From positions 1 through 11,165 of the forward strand of contig CBFIJD010000055.1 in assembly GCA_965662845.1 (NCBI GenBank): DNA of 11,165 nucleotides, in the 5' to 3' direction. Made by a program: the position numbers and the translations under genes. Within the stretch, counting starts at the first letter, position 1. The number at the start of each line of letters is the position of its first letter. Below the pieces are notes generated by a model that searched no databases, was not told the DNA's origin, and worked only from the letters and a program-made list of their open reading frames with translations. Of this stretch, positions 1-7,270 are shown in pieces. The DNA is from an uncultured bacterium. Lineage in GTDB: Bacteria > SAR324 > NAC60-12.

Positions 1-799
1 CCGCGGCGCTATAGATGCCCACCGCTTCATCACCGATCATCTGGCCAAGCATGAGTTGGTCGATCTTCATGTACACAGTCACCGCGATCGCAGAGAGGAT
101 CAGCGGCCAACTGTCGCGCAGCAGGGTGACGCCACGCTTGACGCTCACACACAGACTTCGCAACGCTGGCCCGCGCCATCCCATGACACCTAGCAGGATG
201 ATTGCGACAACACTCGCTTCGGTCAGCGTGGCCCACGCAAAGGCGATGAGCGATGCCTGCCACAGGATCAGCACCACTTTGATCGCGGCAAAGACCAGAA
301 AGACACCGTTCTGCACCCAGACCGTGTACTTCGACTGCACTTGGGACTCGAACCAGAACACCGCGACTTTGCTAGCTTCCAGCAGCATCATCGAACCGAG
401 AATGGCGACGATGGCGCGCGCGATGGCGTCGTCTGGTCGCAGGTAGGCGATCACAACGAGGATCAGCAGGTAGGCCACCAGCCCGCCAATCAGTTGCAGC
501 ACCGCTGCAGTGCCCAGTGTTTCGCGCGCACAATCCGGGTCACGCACGATGTCGCGAACTACAATATCTTGTAGTCCCAAAGCGGCGATTGCGACAAACA
601 TTCCTGTAAACGCGGTGGCAAAGTTGAGCAGTCCAAACTGTTCGGGTCCCAAGTAACGTGCAATCCAAACTCCAACAAATAGCCCGACTCCCATCCGTAA
701 GACTTTGTCAAGGAAAAGCCAACCGATGTTATCAACGATTTTGACCAGATTCGGCCGATGGGCGATGCGGCGGTAAACAAAGGTAGGGATCAGGTTCAT
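1..799 (-). CDS. wzx: Wzx-type oligosaccharide/O-antigen flippase (MOP superfamily), 3'-truncated by the window edge
   Basis: Not in the ORF track because it has no stop in the window. Manual translation from ATG 799-797 (in-frame TGA at 805-803 just upstream) gives MNLIPTFVYRRIAHRPNLVKIVDNIGWLFLDKVLRMGVGLFVGVWIARYLGPEQFGLLNFATAF...LRDSWPLILSAIAVTVYMKIDQLMLGQMIGDEAVGIYSAA, open to the edge. ARYLGPEQFG and IDQLMLG..G.E.VGIYSAA are typical Wzx motifs, and the protein has many hydrophobic helices. Confidence 0.93.
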   Translation of the reverse strand, partial: MNLIPTFVYRRIAHRPNLVKIVDNIGWLFLDKVLRMGVGLFVGVWIARYLGPEQFGLLNFATAFTGMFVAIAALGLQDIVVRDIVRDPDCARETLGTAAVLQLIGGLVAYLLILVVIAYLRPDDAIARAIVAILGSMMLLEASKVAVFWFESQVQSKYTVWVQNGVFLVFAAIKVVLILWQASLIAFAWATLTEASVVAIILLGVMGWRGPALRSLCVSVKRGVTLLRDSWPLILSAIAVTVYMKIDQLMLGQMIGDEAVGIYSAA

Positions 800-925
800 G
801 TTTCATGCTTTACAGTTTGATGCTTTGCCGAGCGGTTCACACATTGGGCCTCCCCAGGCTTGTTGGATACCGAGCACAAATCAATGGGACGGAACCCATG
901 CTCCAGCTCCTGCTTCGCGGGTTGG

Positions 926-1142
926 TTCGTACCTCTCAATCAGCGTCACCTCGGGTTCGTCTTCGTGTCCAGGAATCAAGCGCTGTGTTTGGGGATGCAC
1001 CGCCCAGTCCATCTCTGCGAGCGCAATCTGTCCAATCCACACAGGAGACCCGTCGTCTTGCACGACACAGCGCACCTCTGCGTTGCACCCTTGGATCTCT
1101 CCACGAGTACCCCTCCGCGATCGCTCTGGTCTCCACCGCACC
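926..1142 (-). pseudogene. Remnant (C-terminal half) of a putative clan AA aspartyl protease, frameshifted, with no catalytic D-T/S-G
   Basis: Joining three frames gives GAVETRAIAEG / VLVE / IQGCNAEVRCVVQDDGSPVWIGQIALAEMDWAVHPQTQRLIPGHEDEPEVTLIERY. This resembles the 'IQGR.....V......P.LIGQI.LE..DW.V.P..Q.LI' tail of bacterial single-domain aspartyl proteases. The frame switches fall in a G4 run (1110-1113) and a GAGAGA run (1096-1101). No start codon or N-terminal half is present. Confidence 0.6.
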
Positions 1143-2183
1143 TCAGGCGTGCCGTAAGTCCTCCTGCACCATCTCAGTGACAAGCTGCTCTAGGTCACAG
1201 GTAGGCGCCCAGCCCAGCCGCTCTTTGGCCTTGGTTGCGTCACCAAGGAGCAGCTCCACTTCGGTCGGGCGGTAGTACTGCGGGTCGATCTGCACGCGCA
1301 CAGCGCCCGTCTTCTGGTCGCGTCCGATCTCGGACTCGCCTGTGCCTTCCCACGCGATTTGGACGTCGGTGACGGCAAACGCTTTTTCGGTGAAGTCCCG
1401 TACGCTGGTCGTGACGCCGGTGGCGAGGACATAGTCATCCGGTTGCTCTTGCTGCAACATGCGCCACATGCCTTCCACGTAGTCTCGGGCATGTCCCCAG
1501 TCCCGCTTGGCGTCAATGTTCCCCAAATACAAACACGCTTGTTTCCCTTGGGAGATGGCGGCAACGGCGCGGGTGATCTTGCGCGTCACAAAAGTCTCTC
1601 CACGCAGCGGGGATTCGTGATTGAAGAGAATGCCGTTGCTGGCATGGAAGCCATAGGCCTCGCGATAGTTGACCGTGATCCAATAGGCGTAGAGCTTGGC
1701 GGCCGCATACGGCGAGCGAGGATAGAACGGCGTACGTTCGGTCTGTGGCGTCTCCTGCACTTTGCCGTACAGCTCCGAGGTGGACGCTTGGTAGAAACGA
1801 GTCTTGTCGGCCAGACCCAAGATGCGGATCGCTTCGAGCAAGCGCAGCGTACCCAAGGCGTCTGAATTTGCGGTGTATTCTGGCGTCTCGAAGCTCACCT
1901 TGACGTGGCTCTGTGCGGCGAGGTTGTAGAGTTCATCGGGCTGAACCTCTTGCACAATGCGGATCAGGTTGGTGGCGTCCGTCAAATCGCCGTAGTGCAT
2001 GATGAAGTTGCGGTGATCTACGTGCGGGTCTTGATACAAATGATCAATGCGCCCAGTGTTGAAGCTGGAGCTGCGGCGCTTGATGCCGTGCACGACGTAG
2101 CCTTTGTTCAGGAGCAACTCGGCGAGATAAGCGCCATCTTGACCGGTGATGCCAGTAATCAGCGCGACTTTGGGTTGGTTCAT
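1143..2183 (-). CDS. gmd: GDP-mannose 4,6-dehydratase
   Basis: Motifs [15 protein letters not shown] (Rossmann), [27 protein letters not shown] (YxxxK), [17 protein letters not shown] and RDWGHA. The start was moved from the track's 2246 to ATG 2183 ([11 protein letters not shown]), giving 346 aa. Confidence 0.97.
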   Translation of the reverse strand: MNQPKVALITGITGQDGAYLAELLLNKGYVVHGIKRRSSSFNTGRIDHLYQDPHVDHRNFIMHYGDLTDATNLIRIVQEVQPDELYNLAAQSHVKVSFETPEYTANSDALGTLRLLEAIRILGLADKTRFYQASTSELYGKVQETPQTERTPFYPRSPYAAAKLYAYWITVNYREAYGFHASNGILFNHESPLRGETFVTRKITRAVAAISQGKQACLYLGNIDAKRDWGHARDYVEGMWRMLQQEQPDDYVLATGVTTSVRDFTEKAFAVTDVQIAWEGTGESEIGRDQKTGAVRVQIDPQYYRPTEVELLLGDATKAKERLGWAPTCDLEQLVTEMVQEDLRHA

Positions 2184-2263
2184 GGGGACTTCAAAGGTGT
2201 GGGTTGATGTAATGAAAGCTGCAAAAGAAGGCAGGAGGAAGTTCATCGTTCAGCATCTGAACA

Positions 2264-2279
2264 TGCGGAGGGTGTGCCA
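2264..2279 (-). promoter_or_regulatory. Possible sigma54 (-24/-12) promoter upstream of gmd
   Basis: The minus strand reads TGGCACACCCTCCGCA, a perfect TGGCAC with correct GG-N10-GC spacing but CC instead of TT before GC. It lies about 80 nt upstream of the gmd ATG. Confidence 0.35.
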
Positions 2280-2317
2280 ACTCACGATGACATCGCCAGG
2301 CCCCCTCCAGCGAGACA

Positions 2318-3319
2318 TCAGCCCTCCAGCAACACCTCGGCAATCTGGATCGCGTTGAGAGCGGCCCCCTTGTAAAGCTGATCGGACACACACCAGAAGG
2401 TCAAACCCCGTGGGTGTGAGATGTCCTCACGGATGCGCCCGACGTATGTGTCAAAGGTCTCGCTCACTTCCCAAGGGACGGGATAGCCACCCGCTTCTCG
2501 CTGGTCTAGCACTTTGATCCCCGCTGCATTTTCAAACAACTCCCGCGCTCGCTGCGCCTCAATCTTTTGTTCCGTCTCCACCCAAATGGACTCCGAGTGG
2601 GCCCGCAGCACAGGGACGCGCACACACATCGCAGAGATCGCCAACTCCGGCAACGACATAATTTTGCGGGTCTCATAGACCATCTTCATCTCTTCCTTTG
2701 TGTAGCCATTCTCTTGAAACACGTCGATGTGCGGAATCGCATTGAACAAAATCTGCTTTTGGAAGGCCGCAACTTGTAGCTCCTCACCTTTCGCATACGC
2801 CTGCACTTGATCTAACAGCTCTTGCATACCTTCAGCGCCCGCTCCCGAAACCGCTTGATATGTCGAGACGACAACACGCTGCAGCGGAGACGCTTGATGC
2901 AAGGGGTTCAAGGCCACAACCATTTGGATCGTGGAGCAGTTCGGGTTCGCGATGAGGCCCTTGTGTTGTCGCGCGGCGGCTGGGTTGATCTCTGGAACCA
3001 CTAGCGGCACGCCTTCCTCCATGCGGAACGCGCTGCTGTTGTCGATCACGAGCGCGCCGGCCTCGACCGCGTGGGGAGCGAACTCTTTGCTGCGCTCGCC
3101 ACCTGCCGAAAAAAACGCGACGTCCACCCCTTGAAACGACTCCGGCCGCAGCTCCTGCACCGTCAGCTGCTCGCCACGAAACGAGCGTTGCTTGCCGGCA
3201 GAACGCGCGGACGCCAGCAGGCGCAGCTCTCTCAGCGGATAGTTACGCTGCTCTAGCAACTTGATGAATTCTGTTCCGACCGCGCCAGTAGCGCCAGCAA
3301 TCGCGACAACTTGAGACAT
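2318..3319 (-). CDS. asd: Aspartate-semialdehyde dehydrogenase
   Basis: Motifs VAIAGATGAVG, FFSAG, VIDNSSAFRM, IANPNCSTIQ (catalytic Cys), STYQAVSGAG, CVRVPVLRAHSES (catalytic His) and KGAALNAIQIAE. The start was moved to ATG 3319 (MSQVVAIAG), which is preceded by AAGG, giving 333 aa. Confidence 0.97.
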   Translation of the reverse strand: MSQVVAIAGATGAVGTEFIKLLEQRNYPLRELRLLASARSAGKQRSFRGEQLTVQELRPESFQGVDVAFFSAGGERSKEFAPHAVEAGALVIDNSSAFRMEEGVPLVVPEINPAAARQHKGLIANPNCSTIQMVVALNPLHQASPLQRVVVSTYQAVSGAGAEGMQELLDQVQAYAKGEELQVAAFQKQILFNAIPHIDVFQENGYTKEEMKMVYETRKIMSLPELAISAMCVRVPVLRAHSESIWVETEQKIEAQRARELFENAAGIKVLDQREAGGYPVPWEVSETFDTYVGRIREDISHPRGLTFWCVSDQLYKGAALNAIQIAEVLLEG

Positions 3320-3387
3320 AATCAACCTTGACAGCAGATGAGTTGGGAAATGAGGGGGGAGGAGGGGTTCAGCTGTAGAGCGCGCCA

Positions 3388-3417
3388 ATCATAGGCATCT
3401 TCCGGTGGTGGCGTCAA
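3388..3417 (-). promoter_or_regulatory. Sigma70-type promoter for asd
   Basis: The minus strand reads TTGACG (3417-3412), an 18-nt spacer, then TATGAT (3393-3388). It overlaps the track's 3388 start, which supports the shorter asd start. Confidence 0.55.
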
Positions 3418-3459
3418 CTTCGCGTGTTGCGCCTGCGCCTGTTTTTCTCAGGGGAGCTG

Positions 3460-5118
3460 TCAGGGCGTCCCCGCTGGGATTTCATACAGCGCAAAGTTTC
3501 CTGAATGCTTCACAAACTGCACTCGTGGATGAGCCTTGCGGAGACTTTTCTCCAGCTTGCGCTCTGTGATCACAGCTAAGGGCTGCTCATTGGGGCGGTT
3601 GAGCACTTCGGGATCATTCGGGAATTTGTAGGTGTGCAGCATTTCCAGCGGGCGTTGTCCGTAAAACAACGCGGCAAACGAGACATAGCGATAGAGCACC
3701 ACCTGTTGCTCTTGCGTGTGCGCCTCGCGCACGAGCTCAACCAGCGGTGTCTGGATGTAACTCTGGATCATGGGCACCTGATAGCGCCACAGGCCCTGCA
3801 CACAGAAGATCATGCTCAGCCCGACGACGGCGACGCCTTCCCAAAATTTGCGCTGAGCGAGCAGATAGGTTCCGGCCAGCATCGTCAGCAACATCCCACC
3901 GCTAGTCCAGTAGATGCCATCCGACCACGTCAACACAAACTCAGGGCTGACCTCCGCGAGATAATCTTCAGCGATGAATGGCAGCGCACACAGCCCGACC
4001 GCCATCGCGACGCCCCACAATCCCAGCACACCCGTCGACCAGCGCGGCAAACGCCCGCGGGCGTCATGCAACTGCAGCGCGATGAGCAGACTCAGTGGCC
4101 AATACATCGACGCCGAGTAGTGCGGCAACTTGGTGGTCACCAGAGAGAACAAAATCAGCACGAACCCAATCCACCCGACAGCGAGGCGCGTCAGGTTCCG
4201 CACATGCAACTCTGCGCTGTTCCACAGTGTTTTGGGCTGCAAAAACAAAAACGGCGTCCAAGGAAAGAGCCCTACCAACCCCACGATCCAATGATAGAAG
4301 AACGGCCCTTCATGGCCTTCGAGCGGGCGGGAGAACAAGCTGAGCTGAAACCAGATGAAGCCCTCAATGAACTCTGTGCCATAGACAATCGTGTTGATGA
4401 TGTACCACGACAACGCCACGCTCAGAGAGACGGCTCCACACCACAGAAAATGCAGCACAGGAACGGTCTTGCGTTGCGCGGCCCACACTTTGTAGCTCGC
4501 AAAGGCGACGAGCGGAATCACCCCACCGAGCGGCCCTTTGGTGAGTACGGCCAACCCCATACAGACGCTCGCCCCCCACAAATAGCTGCGATATCGCGGG
4601 AAGCGCGTCTGCCTCGTGCGCCATTGTTCAAAGTGCAAGTCATAGCGATAGAGCAGAAAGGTCGCGACGGCAATGAAGGCGTTGAAGGTGTGGTCAATCA
4701 CCGCGCTACGCGCAAACACGCCTGGCAGCAGGCACGTCAAATACACCAAGGCCCACAGCGTCCCAAGCTGCTCATCTCGGATGCGCCTGCCCGCCTCAAA
4801 GCAGAACACAATCATGATGAGCCCCGCCACCACCGAAGGAAATCGCGCGGCGAACTCGTTGACGCCCCACAAGTGATAGGAGAGCGCTTGCTCCCAGAAA
4901 AAGAGCGGTGGCTTCTCGGCGAAGGGATAGTCGTTGATATAAATGTTCAAGTAGTCGCCCCGCTCCACCATCTGGCGCGCGGCTTCGGCGTAGATGTTCT
5001 CATCCCAATCCACCAAGGCCGTGTCGCCCAGCCCCGGCAGGAGCATCGCGATGCCAAAATACAGCAAGATCAGTTTGAGGCGGATGGGATTTTCAAGAAA
5101 TTTGGGTAAGGCGGACAT
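3460..5118 (-). CDS. ArnT/PMT-like GT-C membrane glycosyltransferase (undecaprenyl-phosphate-sugar dependent), substrate unknown
   Basis: 552 aa with many TM helices and a soluble C-terminal domain. Motifs DWDENIYAEAARQM, FAEKPPLFFW, EFAARFPS, LAVLTKGPLG, EGHEGPFFYH and TTKLPHY are characteristic of the ArnT family. Confidence 0.9.
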   Translation of the reverse strand: MSALPKFLENPIRLKLILLYFGIAMLLPGLGDTALVDWDENIYAEAARQMVERGDYLNIYINDYPFAEKPPLFFWEQALSYHLWGVNEFAARFPSVVAGLIMIVFCFEAGRRIRDEQLGTLWALVYLTCLLPGVFARSAVIDHTFNAFIAVATFLLYRYDLHFEQWRTRQTRFPRYRSYLWGASVCMGLAVLTKGPLGGVIPLVAFASYKVWAAQRKTVPVLHFLWCGAVSLSVALSWYIINTIVYGTEFIEGFIWFQLSLFSRPLEGHEGPFFYHWIVGLVGLFPWTPFLFLQPKTLWNSAELHVRNLTRLAVGWIGFVLILFSLVTTKLPHYSASMYWPLSLLIALQLHDARGRLPRWSTGVLGLWGVAMAVGLCALPFIAEDYLAEVSPEFVLTWSDGIYWTSGGMLLTMLAGTYLLAQRKFWEGVAVVGLSMIFCVQGLWRYQVPMIQSYIQTPLVELVREAHTQEQQVVLYRYVSFAALFYGQRPLEMLHTYKFPNDPEVLNRPNEQPLAVITERKLEKSLRKAHPRVQFVKHSGNFALYEIPAGTP

Positions 5119-5181
5119 GCATCCATTGCAAGAGAGACAGACGCGAAAAGGACAGCGGAGCCGCGTCGAAGCGGGTAAGAT

Positions 5182-5330
5182 CTACGACAAAGATAGCCGA
5201 CCGCATTCAAATCCTGTACCCACCACAAGCAGCGATCCGCGCTCAAAGAGGGCGCGCTCCTTGGGGTCTTGGACTGCGCACACACGGCCATCGTCCCGCT
5301 CGCGGAGCGTGATTGAGGTGCGCTGCTTCA
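5182..5330 (-). mobile_element. Possible decayed integrative-element end: tRNA-fMet 3'-end-like att core (5206-5228, + strand) plus recombinase C-terminal-like remnant
   Basis: The + strand TTCAAATCCTGTACCCACCACAA matches 19/23 to a recalled initiator tRNA 3' end, TTCAAATCCTGTCCCCGCAACCA, and a GC hairpin follows at about 5238-5256. The antisense frame reads ...ITLRERDDGRV...KERALFERGSLLVVGTGFE, similar to the 'LVAG(T/A)GFE' tail of recombinases that read into tRNA-Met. No 5' half of a tRNA is present. Confidence 0.4.
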
Positions 5331-5470
5331 CATCGCAAGCGGCTCCTCTCGCACACGCCGGCGCAACTTCTGAACCCGGCAGCGCGTGATCCTGCGTATG
5401 CAAGCTGCCGCGCGCCGACCTTCCTCCGCCCCAAGAGACGGCAAAAGTCTCTCTTCCGGCAGCTTCCGCC

Positions 5471-5499
5471 TTGACTCACAACCGGCCCTTCTCTAGCTT
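5471..5499 (+). promoter_or_regulatory. Sigma70-type promoter for the GDCCVxC-phosphatase operon
   Basis: TTGACT (5471-5476), a 17-nt spacer, then TAGCTT (5494-5499), ending about 40 nt before ATG 5538. Confidence 0.55.
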
Positions 5500-5537
5500 C
5501 GGAAACCTTTGTGATGATCCCTGCCAGCCCGAGCCCC

Positions 5538-5753
5538 ATGCATTCCCAAGCCACGATCACCTGCCCAACCTGTCGTCACGCTCGTGTGGAGAGCATGCCC
5601 TCCGATGCCTGCGTCTTTTTTTATGAGTGCACGCACTGCGGCGCGCTGCTGCGTCCTTTGGCAGGCGACTGCTGCGTGTTTTGTTCTTATGCCGACACCC
5701 CCTGCCCACCGATTCAAGAGGGGCAACGTTGCTGCGTCGGAGTCTCTCCATGA
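5538..5753 (+). CDS. GDCCVxC domain-containing small Cys-rich putative metal-binding protein (all-Cys form)
   Basis: MHSQATITCPTCRHARVESMPSDACVFFYECTHCGALLRPLAGDCCVFCSYADTPCPPIQEGQRCCVGVSP carries the family pattern TCPxC...MPxDAC.FFYEC..C..LL.P..GDCCVFCSY....CPPIQ, with 11 Cys in 71 aa. Alternative starts at 5511/5514 are possible. Confidence 0.88.
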   Translation: MHSQATITCPTCRHARVESMPSDACVFFYECTHCGALLRPLAGDCCVFCSYADTPCPPIQEGQRCCVGVSP

Positions 5754-7270
5754 AAGTCCTCGTCGTTGATCGCAGCCAACTATCGCGCACACTCATCCAG
5801 CAAGAGCTGGGTTCCACAGGCTTCACCTTCTTGGAAGCGACCTCCAGCGAGGAAGCCTTAGAGCTGTTTCGGAAACATCAACCCGATTTGATCACAACAG
5901 GCTATTGGCTCCCGGATGACGACGGCTTGAAGATGGCTGAAAAAATCCGCTCGAACGCCGACTTGATGCAGCCGCCGCTGATTTTGATCACAGGCTTAGA
6001 AGATCAAGCCTTGCATCAACGAGCCTTCGCCGCCGGCGTCAGCGAGTTTTTTCCAAAGCACTTTCTCAAGGGACAGCTGCGCCGCTATGTGGCTCAGCTC
6101 TTTGCCCAAGAGGACGCTCTGAAGAAGCTGCCCATTCTGCTGATTTCGGCTTCTCCCCAGATGCATGCCGTCGTCAAGCGGATTTTAGAACTGGCCGGCG
6201 CAACGGTCTCGGCGGTGGACTGCATCGACGACGCGCTGCGACAGCTCCACTCTAGCGAACGCGCCGAACTCGTGATTGTTGACCAACACAACAGCCAGCC
6301 CGCCTCGGCCCTGTGCCTCGCGCTGCGCGAACAAGTGCTCCACTATCCCCTACCCATCTTAGTCCTCACCCGACCCGAGACGTATCAACCCAATGCGGTC
6401 TTGTTGCAGGCAGGCGCCAACGACCTGCTCGCGACTCCGTTCCAACGCGAAGAGCTGCTGGCTCGGGTGCGCAATCACGCGCAGCTGATCCGTTATCACC
6501 AGCGGCTCGACAAAGAGTTGGCGCAACGCCGCCTCCGTGAGGAGCAACTTCGCGACGAGCTGACCCAGGCGAGAGAAACGCAGCGCACGCTGTTGCCACA
6601 GTCGCTCCCTGAGATCGACGGCGTGGAGACCGCCTACACTTATGAACCGATGGAGGAGATTGGCGGAGACCTGTGCGACGTCTTCGCGCTCTCTCCCACA
6701 CGCCTTGGGCTCATGATCGCGGATGTGACCGGACACGGCGTGCCTGCCGCGCTGATCTCTTTCATGGTGTCTTCGGCTTTCTCCCAGAATGCCACCACGG
6801 AGCTTAGCTGTAGCGAGACCCTCCGGCGCACCAACGACCTGCTGCACGAGCGCATCTCGCCCGACAAATTTGCGACGCTGTTTTATGCGATTTACGACAC
6901 ACAGACACGCCAGCTCAGCTACGCCAGCGCCGGGCACCCTCACGCGCTCATCTTGCGTCATGGTCGAGACGTGATGCCTCTGAGCACCAAAGGGCTCTTC
7001 CTTGGGCCATTTCCCAGTGAGATGCTCGGCATTCAAGAACACACCATCACCTTGGAACCCGACGACAAACTCTTGCTGTATACCGATGCGCTGACGGAAG
7101 CCATGAACCAACAAGGGCAAATGCTCGGCACGGGAAAACTCGCAAAAATCCTCCGCTACTATTCCAAGCTCCCGATTGGCGACTTTCTGGAGAACGTCTA
7201 TGACGCGCTCACCGTGTATGTCAGCGACCACAAAGATGACTGCACGTTGGTCGGGATGCAGGTCTTGTAG
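5750..7270 (+). CDS. Two receiver-like domains fused to a SpoIIE/RsbU-type PP2C Ser/Thr phosphatase
   Basis: The start at ATG 5750 (MKVLVVD) overlaps the upstream TGA (ATGA), giving 506 aa. Two REC folds and a coiled coil (RLDKELAQRRLREEQLRDELTQARETQRTLLP) precede PP2C motifs IGGDLCD, IADVTGHG, YASAGHP, LLLYTDALTEA and DDCTL. Confidence 0.92.
   Translation: MKVLVVDRSQLSRTLIQQELGSTGFTFLEATSSEEALELFRKHQPDLITTGYWLPDDDGLKMAEKIRSNADLMQPPLILITGLEDQALHQRAFAAGVSEFFPKHFLKGQLRRYVAQLFAQEDALKKLPILLISASPQMHAVVKRILELAGATVSAVDCIDDALRQLHSSERAELVIVDQHNSQPASALCLALREQVLHYPLPILVLTRPETYQPNAVLLQAGANDLLATPFQREELLARVRNHAQLIRYHQRLDKELAQRRLREEQLRDELTQARETQRTLLPQSLPEIDGVETAYTYEPMEEIGGDLCDVFALSPTRLGLMIADVTGHGVPAALISFMVSSAFSQNATTELSCSETLRRTNDLLHERISPDKFATLFYAIYDTQTRQLSYASAGHPHALILRHGRDVMPLSTKGLFLGPFPSEMLGIQEHTITLEPDDKLLLYTDALTEAMNQQGQMLGTGKLAKILRYYSKLPIGDFLENVYDALTVYVSDHKDDCTLVGMQVL

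Noticed and set aside
15..446. 143-aa plus-strand ORF and other short ORFs in 1-800
   Set aside because: They are shadows of the minus-strand wzx frame, which has clear family motifs.
1268..1275. ops-like GGCGGTAG near the polysaccharide genes
   Set aside because: It lies inside gmd and on the wrong strand relative to gmd-wzx transcription.
2302..2331. Short direct repeat CCCTCCAGC at the asd 3' end
   Set aside because: It is only 9 bp, GC-rich and about 20 nt apart with nothing mobile between, so it is compatible with chance.
2360..2390. Asd motif SDQLYKGAALN instead of DNLRKGAALN
   Set aside because: DQ variants are common among Asd proteins and the catalytic Cys/His motifs are intact, so this is not evidence of a changed function.
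3634..5109. 491-aa plus-strand ORF
   Set aside because: It is an antisense shadow of the ArnT-like gene. Its Q/H/R-rich composition is typical of the reverse frame of a hydrophobic GC-rich gene, and it has no motifs.
5160..5230. Intact tRNA gene
   Set aside because: Only a degenerate 3' 23-mer resembles tRNA. No D-arm, anticodon arm or 5' acceptor strand can be folded upstream.
5471..5499. MerR-type promoter in front of the GDCCVxC gene
   Set aside because: The -35 TTGACT matches mer promoters, but the spacer is 17 nt rather than 19-20 and contains no dyad.
5627..5749. Track's N-terminal extension of the phosphatase (547 aa)
   Set aside because: It overlaps the GDCCVxC gene in another frame. 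The receiver fold begins at MKVLVVD (5750), with an ATGA overlap.
5751..5753. TGA of the GDCCVxC gene as a selenocysteine codon
   Set aside because: All family Cys positions are TGC/TGT. The TGA lies after the complete domain and forms the overlap with the next start, and no SECIS-like hairpin was recognised.
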